The notes under the pieces were generated by a model. It had not been told where the DNA came from and made no database searches. It saw only the letters and a program-made list of their open reading frames with translations. This document shows positions 48,801 to 60,514 of a stretch of 64,000 nucleotides of DNA, one piece after another. The DNA lies in assembly GCA_030390025.1 (NCBI GenBank), contig JASTWF010000069.1:992001-1056000 (forward strand), in the 5' to 3' direction. The position numbers and the translations under genes are program-made. The stretch is from Squalus acanthias. Taxonomy: Eukaryota. The number at the start of each line of letters is the position of its first letter. The stretch's first letter is position 1.

Positions 48801-49280
48801 TCCTGGGATGGCCGGACTGACATATCAAGAAAGATTGGGTCAACTGAACTTGTATCCTCTGGAGTTCAGAAGAATGAGGGGGGATCTTATAGAGACATTT
48901 AAAATCCTGACTGGTTTAGACAAATTAGATGCGGGCAGAATGTTCCCAATGGTAGGGAAAACTAGAACCAGGGGTCACAGTCTAAGGATTAAGGGGAAGC
49001 CATTTAGGACTGAGCTGAGGAGGAACTTCTTCACCCAGAGAGTGGTGAATCTATGGAATTCTCTTCCACAGAAGGTTGTTGAGGCCAGTTCGCTAAATAT
49101 ATTCAAAAGGGAGTTAGATATAACACTCACAACTAAGGGGATCAAGGGGTATGGCGAGAAAGCAGGAATGGGGTACTGAGGTAGCATGTTCAGCCATGAA
49201 CGCATTGAATGGCGGTGCAGGCTCGAAGGACCGAATGGTCTACTCCTGTACCTATTTTCTATGTTTCTATGTTTCTATGT
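45884..49280 (+). mobile_element. Near full-length CR1 LINE: ORF1 C-terminus (SGNH esterase-like) and frameshifted ORF2
   Basis: 45970-46197 ...WDLYKRDGLHL; ORF2 in three pieces (46245-46874, 46805-48067, 48001-49179; FEDD in place of FADD); (TTTCTATG)n tail; empty site at about 59885. Confidence 0.93.
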
Positions 49281-49931
49281 AACTGCACAGCAGATCAGAG
49301 GCAAACAGAGAAACTGTATATATGACACCTTTATATACTTCCTGTCTTATTTGCTTGTTATCTTAACCACATCTTGTACCCTTACCACGATTGCTATCAT
49401 CCTGAGAATGGGCAGTAATTGTGAGGACTGAACTGCCTGTCTATTCTCAGCACTGCTGTGCTGTCATCATGGCGAATTGTAACTAAAATTTGGATCTGTG
49501 TAATACACCAATTCTGGCCTCTTGTCCATCCCCGAGTTTTGGAAGGGAATTCCAGAGCTTAGGGTCTAGACGTCTGAAGGCACGGCCGCCATTGTTGGAG
49601 CGATGGAAATCGGGAAGGCACAAGAGGCCAGAATGGGTGGAACGCAGAGATCTCGGAGGCTTGCAGGGCTGGAGGAGGTTACAAAGATAGTGAGGCAGGG
49701 GGCGAGGCCAGGGAGTGATTTGAAGACGAGGATGAGCATTTTAAATTTGGGGCGTTGCCGGACCGGGAGCCAATGTAGATCAGTGAGCGCAGGGTTGAGA
49801 AGTGAACGGGACTTGGTGCGAGTTAGGACACTGGGTCACTGCTGAATTTGGTCCCCAATCATAGCTCAATAAGAATGATCTTTCACAAAGACTATTAACC
49901 ATATGTATGTCCGAGCTGACGATGATATTAC

Positions 49932-49971
49932 CTTGGAGGAGTGACAGGAGGAAGTAAGATTTTCTGATCAT
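49932..49971 (-). CDS. Siglec-like gene B, signal-peptide exon
   Basis: ATG at 49971, MIRKSYFLLSLLQ+G, donor CAAG|GTAATA (phase 1). It joins the V exon to give MIRKSYFLLSLLQAVLS-EEWKG, a typical signal peptide. An acceptor CTTTCAG lies at 50014, so the exon probably spans 49932-50013 with 5'UTR. Confidence 0.8.
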
Positions 49972-50834
49972 TGTCCACTCCCCGATATTTCATCAACTTC
50001 TCACTCTCAAGGTCTGAAAGAGAAAGGAGTTAATGAGACCTCACCTCTTGCCCGACAGCTCTCGAGAGATAAAAACTGCTTTGAGACAATGTCCTCATGG
50101 AATAATTTGACTCACTGTGGGATGATAGGTGCTCTGCAGTGAGTTACAAGGCTTTAAGAAAGAAAAACAAAGAAATACTTGCATTTCTCCAGCACCTTTC
50201 TCCACCTCAGGACGTCCCAAAGTGCTTCACAGCCAATGAAGTACTTCTTACAGTGTAGTCACTGTTGTAATGTAGGAAATGCAGCAGCCAAATGGCACAC
50301 AGCAAGATCCCACGGACAGCGATGGCATAAACGATCAGACAGTCTGTTCTTGATGTTACCGAAACTCACTGCTTGGGCTGAATGGCCTCTTCCTGTGCTG
50401 CACCCTCTGTGTATTCAACTTTAAATGTTGATGCGTAGCAGTGAGTTAAATCAGGAAGCTGTGTACCAGTGAGATAACATCACTTTGTCCGGCCTTATAA
50501 GAAAACTGTTAACCCTTTGAGTCCTGACACTCTGAAGTTATTTCTGCTCGAAGCTGGGCAGAAGTTGCCATGGCGTTTCCAGCGGGGCTCAGTGCGTTTA
50601 GCTCTCTCTCTTTCTCTCCCTCTCCCTCTCTCTCTCCCTCAACCACTCCTCTGAGTCAGAAGGATGTGGGCTCAGAGACTGTTGAGTGATGCTGGTTGAG
50701 GGATAAATATCGGCCCCAGGACACCGGGAAGAACTCCTCCTGCTCTTCTTCAAGATATTGGCCCTGGGATCTTTTAGGTCCACCTGAGAGAGCAGACAGG
50801 GCATCGGTTTAACATCTCATCTGAAAGACGGCAC

Positions 50835-51520
50835 CTCCGACAGTGCAGCACTGCCGCTCCGACAGTCCGGCGCTCCCTCAGTACTGCCCCTCCGACAGTG
50901 CGGTGCTCCCTCAGTACTGCCCCTCTGACAGTGCGGCGCTCCCTCAGTATTGACCCTCCGACAGTGCAGCGCTCCCCCAGTACTGCCCCTCAGACAGTGC
51001 GGCGCTCCCTCAGTACTGCCCCTCCGACATTGGGGCGCTCCCTCAGTACTGCCCCTCCGACAGTGCGGCGCTCCCTCAGTACTGCCCCTCCGACAGTGCG
51101 GCACTCCCTCAGTACTGACACTCCGACAGTGCAGTGCTCCCTCAGTACTGCCCCTCCGACAGTGCGGCGCTCCCTCAGTACTGCCCCTCCGACAGTGCGG
51201 CGCTCCCTCAGTACTGCCCCTCCGACAGTGCGGCGCTCCCTCAGTACTGCCCCTCCGACAGTGCGGCGCTCCCTCAGTACTGCCCTCCGACAGTGCGGCG
51301 CTCCCTCAGTACTGCCCCTCCGACAGTGTGGCGCTCTCTCAGTACTGACCCTCTGACAGTGCTGCACTTCCTCAGTACTGCTCCTCCGACAGTGTGGCGC
51401 TCCCACAGTACTGACCCTCTGACAGTGCTGCACTTCCTCAGTACTGCTCCTCCGACAGTGTGACTCTCACTCAGTAATGCCCCTCCGACAGTGCGGCGCT
51501 CCCTCAATACTGCCCCTCCG
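50835..51520 (+). repeat. 33-bp minisatellite within a SINE remnant
   Basis: About 20 units following SINE body at 50690-50835. Confidence 0.93.
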
Positions 51521-51569
51521 ATTAATTTTTGTGGGTTAATGATGTCAATGGATGTGGAGTTGACGTGCA

Positions 51570-54500
51570 GATGTAACAGGCTCGAGGGGCTGAATGGGCC
51601 TTCTCCTGTTTCTATGTTACAGGCTCGAGGGGGCTGAATGGGCCTCTTCCTATTGCTGTGTAACAGGCTCGAGGGGCTGAATGGGCCTCCTCCTGTTCAT
51701 AAGAACATAAGAACATAAGAAATAGGAGCAGGAGTAGACCAATTGGCCCCTCGAGCCTGCTCCGCCATTCAATGAGATCATGGCTGATCTGATCCAACCT
51801 CAACTCTAAAGAACACAAGAAGCAGGAGCAGGACCAGGCCACTCGGCCCCTGGGCCCGCTCCGCCACCCACAGGGCCTTGACCGATCCGAACTCAAACTC
51901 ATGTCCAATTTCCAGCCCGCTCCCCGTAACCCCTGATTCCCTTTACTTCTAGGAAACGGTCTATTTCTGTTTTAAATTTATTTAATGAAGCAGTTTCCAC
52001 AGCTTCCTGGGGTAGCAAATTCCACAGACCCACTACCCTCTGAGTGAAAAAGTTTCTCCTCATCTCAGTTTTGAAAGAGGAGCCCCTTATTCTAAGATTA
52101 TGTCCCCTAGTTCTAGTTTCACCCATCATTGGGAACATCCTCACCGCGTCCACCCGATCAAGCCCCTTCACAATCTTATATGTTTCAATAAGATCGCCTC
52201 TCATTCTTCTGAACTGCAATGAGTAGAGTCCCAATCTACTCAACCTCTCCTCGTATGTCCACCCCCACATCCCCGGAATTAACCGAGTGAACCTTCTTTG
52301 TACTGCCTCGAGAGCAAGTATGTGTTTTCTTAAGTATGGACACCAAAACTCCAGGTGCGGTCTCACCAATACCCTATACCCTATACAACTGCAGCAATAC
52401 CTCCCTATTTTTATATTCTATCCCCCTAGCAATAAAAGCCAACATTCCATTGGCTTTCTTGATCACCTGCCATACTAACTTTTTGATTTTCTTGCACCAA
52501 GACCCCCAGATCCCTTTGTACTGCAGTACTTTCCAGTTTCTCGCCATTAAGATAATAACTTGCTCTCTGATTTTTCCTGCCAAAATGCATAACCTCACAT
52601 TTTCCAATATTGTATTGCATCTGCCAAATCTCTGCCCACTCACCCAGCCTGTCTATATCCCCTTGTAGGTTTTTTATGTCCTCCTCACTCTCTACTTCCC
52701 CTCCCATCTTTGTATCATCTGCAAACTTTGATATGTTACACTCGGTCCCCTGCTCCAAATCGTTAATATAGATTGTAAAGAGTTGGGGACCCAGCACCGA
52801 CCCCTGCGGAACACCACTGGCTACTGGTTGCCAGTCCGAGAATTAACCATTTATCCCAACTCTCTGCTTACTGTTAGATAACCAATCCTGCACCCATGCC
52901 AGAATATTACCCCCAATCCAGTGATTTTTTATCTTGAGTAATAATCTTTTATGTGGCACATTGTCGAATGCCTTCTGGAAGTCTAAATACACCACATCCA
53001 CTGGTTCCCCTTTATCCACCCTGTACGTTATGTCCTCAAAGAACTCGAGCAAATTTGTCAGACATGACTTCCCCTTCATAAAGCCAGTGTAACAGGCTTA
53101 AGGGGCTGAATGGGCCTCCCCCTGTTCCTGTATAACAGACACGATGGTCTGAATGTGCCTCTTCCTGTTCCTGTGTAACAGGCTCATGGGGCTAAATGAG
53201 CCTCCTCCTGTTCTTGTGTAACAGACTCGAGGGGCTAAATAGGCCTCCTCCTGTTCCTGTGTAACAGGTTCGAGGGACTGAATGGGCCTCCTCCTGTTCC
53301 TATGTTACAGACTCGAGCGGCTCAATGCATCTCCTCCTGTTCATTTATAAAAGGCCGAGGGGCTGAATGGGCCTCCTCCTGTTCCTGTGTAACAGGCTAG
53401 AGGGGCTTAATAGGCCTCCTCCTTTTCCTGTGTAATAGGCACAAGGAGGCTGAATGTGCCTCCTCCTGTCCCTGTGTAACAGGTTTGAGGGGCTGAATGG
53501 GCCTCCTCCTGTTCCTGTGTAACAGGCTCAAGGAGCGGAATGGGCCTCCTCCTGTTCTTGTGTAACAGACTCGAGGGGCTAAATGGGCATCCTCCAGTTC
53601 CTGTGTAACAGGCGAAGGGGATGAATGGGCATCCTCCTGTTTCAGTGTAACATACTCGAGGATCTGAATGGGCCTCCTCCTGTTCCAGTGTAACAGGCTC
53701 GATGGTCAGAATGTGCCTCCTCCTGTTCCAGTGTAGCAGTCTCGAGGGGCTGAAGGGGCCTCCTTCTGTTCCTGTGTAACAGGCTCAAGGTGCTGAATGG
53801 GTCCCCTCCTGTTCCTGTGTAAAAGGCTCAATTGTCTGAATGGCCTCCTCCTGTTCCTGTGTAACAGGCTCGAGGGGCAGAATGGGGCTCCTACTGTTCT
53901 TGTGTATTAGACTCGAGGGGCTGAATGGGCCCCCTCCTGTTCCTGTGTAACAGGCTGAGGGGCTGAATGGGCCTCCTCCTGTTCATGTGTAGCAGGTTCC
54001 AGGGGCTGAATGGGCTTCCTCCTGTTCCTGTGTCACAGGCTCAAGGTGCTGATTGGGCCTCCTCCTGTTCCTGTGTAACAGGCTCGAGGGGCTGAATGGG
54101 CCTCCTCCTGTTCATCTGTAACAGGCTCGAGGGGGCTGAATGGGACTTCTCCTGTTCCTGTGTAACAGGCTCAAGGGACTGAATGGGCCTCCTCCTGTTT
54201 CTGTGTCAAAGGCCGAGGGGTGAATGGGCCTCCTCCTTTTCCTGTGTAATAGGCACAAGGAGGCTGAATGGGCCTCCTCCTGTTCCTGTGTAACAGGCTC
54301 GAGGGGCTGAATGGCCATCCTCCTGTTCCTGTGTAACAGGCTCGAGGGGGCTGAATGGGCCTCCTCCTGTTAACGTGTAACAGGCTCAAGGGGCTGAATG
54401 GGCCTCCTCCTGTACTTTTGTAACAGTCTCGAGGGGCTGAATGGGCCTCCTCCTGTTCCTGTGTAACAGGCTCGAGGGGCTGAATGGGCCTCCTCCTGTT

Positions 54501-57500
54501 AATTGGTAGCAGGTTCGAGGGGCTTAATTGGCCTCCTCCTGTTCCTGTGTAACAGGCTCGAGGGGCTGAATGGGCCTCCTCCTGTTCATTGGTAGCAGGT
54601 TCGAGGGGCTTAATTGGCCTCCTCCTGTTCCAGTGTAACAGGCTCGAGGGGGCTGAATGGGACTCCTCCTGTTCCTGTGTAACAGGCTCAATGGTCAGAA
54701 TGTGCCTCCTCCTGTTCCTGTGTAGCAGGCTTGAGGGGCTGAAGAGGCGTCCTCCTGTTCCTGTGTAACAGGCTCGAGGGGCTGAAAGTGCCTCCTTCTG
54801 TTCCCGTGAAACAGGCTCGAGGTGCTGAATGGGTCCCCTCCTGTTACTGTGTAAAATTCTCAATTGTCTGAATGTGCTTCCTCAAGTTCCTGTGCAACAG
54901 GCTCAAGGGGCTGAATGGGCCTCCTCCTGTTCCTGTGTAATAGGCTCGAGGGGCTGAATGGGCCTCCTCCTGTTCCTGTATAACAGATACGAGGGGCTGA
55001 ATGGGCCTCTTCCTGTTCCTGTGTAACAGGTTCGAGGGACTGAATGGGCCTCCTCCTGTTCCTGTGTAACAGGCTCGAGGGGCTGAATGGGCCTCCTCCT
55101 GTTCCTGTGTAACAGGCTCAAGGAGCGGAATGGGCCTCCTCCTGTTCCTGTGTAATAGGCTCGAGGGGCTGAATGGGCCTCTTCCTGTTCCTGTGTAACA
55201 GGTTCGAGGGGCTGAATGGGCCTCCTCCTGTTCCTGTGTAACAGGCTCGAGGGGCTGAATGGGCCTCCTCCTGTTCCTGTGTAACAGGCTCAAGGAGCGG
55301 AATGGGCCTCCTCCTGTTCCTGTATAACAGACACGAGGGGCTGAATGGGCCTCTTCCTGTTCCTGTGTAACAGGTTCGAGGGGCTTAATTGGCCTCCTCC
55401 TGTTCCAGTGTAACAGGCTCGAGGGGGCTGAATGGGCCTCCTTCTGTTCCTGTGTAACAGGCTCGAGGGACTGAATGGGCCTCCTTCTGTTCCTGTGTAA
55501 CAGGCTCATGGGGCAGAATGGGCCTCCTCCTGTTCCTATGTTGCAGGCTCGAGGGGCTCAATGCATCTCCTCCTGTTCCTGTGTATCAGGCTCGAGGGGC
55601 TGAATGTGCCTCCTCCTGTTCCTGTGTAACAGGCTCGAGGTGGCTGAATGGACCTCCTCCTGTCCCTGTGTAACAGGAACGAGGGGGTGAATGGGCGTCC
55701 TCCTGTTCCTGTGTAACAGGCTCGAGGGGGCTGAATGGGCCTCCTACTGTTAACGTGTAACAGGCTCAAGGGGCTGAATGGGCCTCCTCCTGTACTTTTG
55801 TAACAGTCTCGATGGGCTAAATGGGCCTCCTCCTGTTCCTGTGTAACAGGCTAAGGGGCTGAATGGGCCTCCTCCTGTTCATGTGTAGCAGGTTCGAGGG
55901 GCTGAAGGATCCTCCTCCTGTTCCTGTGTAACAGGCTCGAGGGGCTGAATGGGCCGCCTCCTGTTCCTGTGTAACAGGCTTGAGAGGCTGAATGGGCCTC
56001 CTCCTGTTCCTGTGTAAAAGGCCAAGGGGCTGAATGGGCCTTCTCCTGTTCCTGTGTAACAGGCTCGAGGGGCTGAATGGGCCTCCTCCTGTTCCTATGT
56101 TGCAGGCTCGAGGGGCTCAATGCATCTTCTCCTGTTCCTGTGTCAAAGGCCGAGGGGTGAATGGGCCTTCTCCTTTTCCTGTGTAATAGGCACAAGGAGG
56201 CTGAATGTGCCTCCTCCTGTTAACGTGTAACAGGCTCAAGGGGCTGAATGGGCCTCCTCCTGTACTTTTGTAACAGTCTCGAGGGGCTAAATGGGCCTCC
56301 TCCTTTTCCTGTGTAACAGGGTAATTGGCTGAATGGGCCTCCTCCTGTTCCAGTGTAACAGGCTCGAGGTGCTGAATGGGCCTCCTCCTGTTCCTGTGTA
56401 ACAGGCTCGAGGGGCTGAATGGGCCTCCTCCTGTTCCTGTGTAACAGGCTCGAGGGGCAGAATGGGCCTCCTACTGTTCCAGTGTAACAGGCTCGAGGGG
56501 GCTGATTGGTCCTCCTCCTGTTCCTGTGTAACAGGCTCCAGGGGCTGAATGGGCCTCCTCCTGTTCCTGTGTAACAGGCTCGAGGGGCTGAATGGGCCTC
56601 CTCCTGTTCCAGTGTAACAGGCTCGAGGGGGCTGAATGGGCCTCCTCCTGTTCCTGTGTAACAGGCTCGAGGGGCTGAATGGGCCTCCTCCTGTTCCTGT
56701 GTAACAGGCTCGAGGGGCTGAATGGGCCTCCTCCTGTTCCAGTGTAACAGGCTCGAGGGGCTGAATGGGCCTCCTCCTGTTCCTGTGTAACAGGCTCGAG
56801 GGGCTGAATGGGCCTCCTCCTGTTCCTGTGTAACAGGCTCGAGGGGCTGAATGGGCCTCCTCCTGTTCCTGTGTAACAGGCTCGAGGGGCTGAATGGGCC
56901 TCCTCCTGTTCCTGTGTAACAGGCTCGAGGGGCTGAATGTGCCTCCTCCTGTTCCTGTGTAACAGGCTCGAGGGGCTGAATGGGCCTCCTCCTGTTCCTG
57001 TGTAGCAGGCTCGAGGGGCTGAATGGGCCTCATCCTGTTCCTGTGTAACAGAACGAGGGGCAGAATGGGCCTCCTCCTGTTTCAGTGAAACAGGCTCGAG
57101 GTGCTGAATGGGCCTTCTCCTGTTCCTATGTAACAGGCACGAGGAGGCTGAATGTTCCTCCTCCTGTCCCTGTGTAACAGGTTTGAGGGGCTGAATGGGC
57201 GTCCTCCTATTCCTGTGTAACAGGCTCAAGGGGGCTGAATGGGCCTCCTCCATTTAATGTGTAACAGGCTCAAGGGGCTGAATGGGCCTCCTTCTGTTCT
57301 TCTGTAACATACTCGTGGGGCTAAATGGGCCTCCTCCTGTTCCAGTGTAACAGGCTCGAGGGGCTGAATGGGCCTCCTCCTGTTCCTGTGTTGCAGGCTC
57401 GAGGGACTGAAGGGGCCACCTCCTGTTCCTGTGTAGCTCTCTCGAGGGGCTGAAGGGGCCTCCTTCTATTCCTGTGTAACAGGCTCGAGGTGCTGAATTG

Positions 57501-57951
57501 GTCCCCTCCTGTTCCTGTGTAAAAGTCTCAATTGTCTGAATGTGCTTCCTCAAGTTCCTGTGTAACAGGCTCAAGGGGCTGAATGGGCCTCCTCCTGTTC
57601 TTGTGTATTAGACTTGAGGGGCTAAATGGGCCTCCTCCTGTTCCTGTGTAACAGGCTAAGGGGCTGAATGGGCCTCCTCCTGTTCATGTGTAGCAGGTTA
57701 GAGGGGCTGAAGGGGCCTCCTCCTGTTCCTGTATATCAGGGTCGAGGGGCTGAATGGGCCTCCTCCTGTTCCAGTGTAACAGGCTCGGGGGCTGAATGGG
57801 CCACCTCCTGTTCCAGTGTAACAGGCTAAGGGGCTGAAGGGGCCTCCTCCTGTTCCTGTGTAACAGGGTCGAGGGGCTGAATTGGTCTCCTCCTGTTCCT
57901 GTGTAACAGGCTCAAGGTGCTGAATGGGCCACCTCCTGTTCCTTTGTAACA
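51570..57951 (-). repeat. 43-bp satellite array (about 5 kb net), containing a CR1 insertion
   Basis: (CAGGCTCGAGGGGCTGAATGGGCCTCCTCCTGTTCCTGTGTAA)n. Confidence 0.95.
51700..53085 (-). mobile_element. CR1 LINE, 5'-truncated, inserted in the satellite
   Basis: ORFs 52843-53079, 52426-52797 and 51899-52369; same subfamily as 27591-29407. Confidence 0.92.
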
Positions 57952-60514
57952 AATTAACTCCCAGGTCCCTCTGTCCCTGCACCCTCTTTAAAACTGCCAT
58001 AAATTGTATGTTGCCTCTCCCTGTTCCTTCTGCCAATATGAATCACCTCACACTTCTCTGTATTAAATTCCATCTGCCACTTGTCCGCCCATTCTGCTAG
58101 CCTTACTCTGTCCTGTTGCAGTCGATTGGTATGATCTTCACTGTTTGCCACACCCCCATGTTTAGTGTCATCGGCAAATTTAGAAATTCTTCTCTGTATT
58201 CCAATATCCAAGTCATTTACATATATCAACAAAAGCAGTTGCACCAGCACTGACCCTTGGGGAACACCACTGTCTACCATCCTCCAGTCTGAAAAATAGC
58301 CATTTACCACAACTCGCTGTTTTCTGTCCTTAAGCCAATTCCTTATCCAAGCTGCCACTGACCCACCTATTCCATGAGCATCAATTTTATTAACCAACCT
58401 TCTATGTGGTACTTTGTCAAACGCCTTCCGAAAATCTATGTAGACAACATCCATTGCATTCCCTTCATCAATCCTCTCTGTTACTTCATCAAAAAATTCA
58501 ATTGGATTAGTCAAACAGGATCTGCCTTTTACAAATCCATGTTGGCTCTCCTTAATTAGCTTAAACCTCTCCAAGTGTCCGATAATTTTTTCCTTGATTA
58601 TTGTTTCTAAAACTTTACCCAACACCGATGTTAAACTGACCGGCCTGTAGTTGGCAGAATTGTCCTAACACCCTTTCTTGAACAATGGTGTCACATTTGC
58701 CACTTTCCAATCCTCAGGCACTTCCCCCACATCTGGGGAAGATTGGAAAATTATGGCAAGCCCTTCCGCTATCTCCTCCCCCAATTCCTTAGCAAGCCAA
58801 ACCTTCTTGTTTGCTCTTCAGCCCTCCTGATTTTCTAAGCTGATTCAGTCTACTTGGCGAATTTTGGATTCTCATTGTCTAAGGAATCACTTTGGATTCA
58901 TGTCTAAGGAATCTCTTTGGATCCTCATTGTCGAAGGAATCTCTCTGGACCTTCATTGTCTGAGGAATCACTTTGGATTCTCATTGTCTAAGGAATCACT
59001 TTGGATTCTCATTGTCTGAGGAATCACTTTGGATCCTCATTGTCTAAGGAATCTCTTTGGATCCTCATTGTCTAAGGAATCTCTTTGGACCCCATTGTCG
59101 AAGGAATCACTTTGGATACTCATTGTCTAAGGAATCTCTTTGGATTCTCATTGTCGAAGGAATCACTTTGGATCCTCATTGTCTAAGGAATCACTTTGGA
59201 TTCTCATTGTCTAAGGAATCTCTTTGGATTCTCATTGTCTAAGGAATCTCTTTGGATTCTAATTGTCTAAGGAATCTCTTTGGATTCTCATTGTCGAAGG
59301 AATCTCTTTGGATTCTCATTGTCTAAAGAAACTCTTTGGATTCTAATTGTCTAAGGAATCTCTTTGGATTCTAATTGTCGAAGGAATCTCTTTGGATTCT
59401 CATTGTCTAATGAATCTCTTTGGATTCTCATTGTCTGAGGAATCTATTTGGATTCACATTGTCTAAGGAATCACTTTTGATCCTCATTGTCTAAGGGATT
59501 ATTTTAGGGTGATTCTGATACAGCATTGTAGACTGACTTGTCCCCAAGCTCAGCACTGGCCCTACTCCAGCAGCCTCTTTGAAGCACAGGAGCGAATCGC
59601 CTCTCGCCTGATCTCTGAATGTGTCGGAAGTGCAGAGGCGTTGGGTTCATGACTTTTGCAGGCGGTCTCGCTGCGTGTTTGTTAAAACTAAACTATGCCT
59701 CACACTAAACGTCGGTGGCAAACACCTCTTGTTCCGTGTTCGTCTGAAATATTCATGGTTTCAGCCGGCCTTTGGGGAAAGAGTGGGGGATTGGGATTAA
59801 TTGGATAGCTCTATCAAAGAACCGGCACAGGCACTTTGGGAAGAATGGCCTCCTTCTGTGCTGTATCATTCTCTGGTTCTATGAAATATAACTGCACAGC
59901 AGATCAGAGGCAAACAGAGAAACTGTATATATGACACCTTTATACACTTCCTGTCTTGTTTACTTGTTATCTTTAACATATCTTGCACCCTTACCATGGT
60001 ATGAGGAATGAACTGCCTGTCTATTCTAAGCGCTGCTGTGTTGTCGTCATGGTGATTTGTAACTAGAATTATGATCTCTGTGATCCTTCATTTCTGGCCT
60101 CTTGTCCATCCCCGAATTTTAGAAGGGAGAGAATTCCAGAGCTTAGGGTCTAGACGGCTGAAGGCACGGGCGCCATTGGTGGAGCGATGGAAATCGGGGA
60201 GGTACAAGAGGCCAGAATGGGTGGAACGCAGAGATCCCGGAGGCTTGCAGGGCTGGAGGAGGTTACAGAGATAGTGAGGCAGGGGGCGAGGCCATGGAGC
60301 GATTTGAAGACGAGGATGAGGATTTTAAATTTGGGGCGTTGCCGGACCGGGAGCCAATGTAGATCAGCGAGCGCAGGGTTGAGGAGTGAACGGGACTTGG
60401 TGCGAGTTACGACACTGGGTCACTGCTGAATTTGGTCCCCAATCATAGTTCAATAAGAATGATCTTTCACAAAGACTATTAACCATAAATATGTCCGAGC
60501 TGACGATGATATTA
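57952..60514 (-). pseudogene. Relic Siglec leader-V intron (CR1 fragment, 28-bp VNTR, unique intron) with no exons in the window
   Basis: Colinear with 44480-45883 plus 49278-49930; truncated on the left by the 43-bp satellite and on the right exactly at the leader splice donor. Confidence 0.8.
58862..59495. repeat. 28-bp VNTR (GGATTCTCATTGTCTAAGGAATCTCTTT)n, about 22 copies
   Basis: Tandem units; only about 3 copies at the paralogous site 45393-45470. Confidence 0.93.

Noticed and set aside
20464-49971. Assigning a mammalian symbol (CD33, CD22, MAG, SIGLEC1, SIGLEC15)
   Set aside because: Domain count and tail fit a lineage-specific CD33-related-type receptor; orthology cannot be established without phylogeny and synteny.
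50014-50520. Non-coding first exon (donor at 50115) and Ets/GATA promoter motifs near 50450-50480
   Set aside because: Plausible, but short motifs alone cannot support a call without transcript data.
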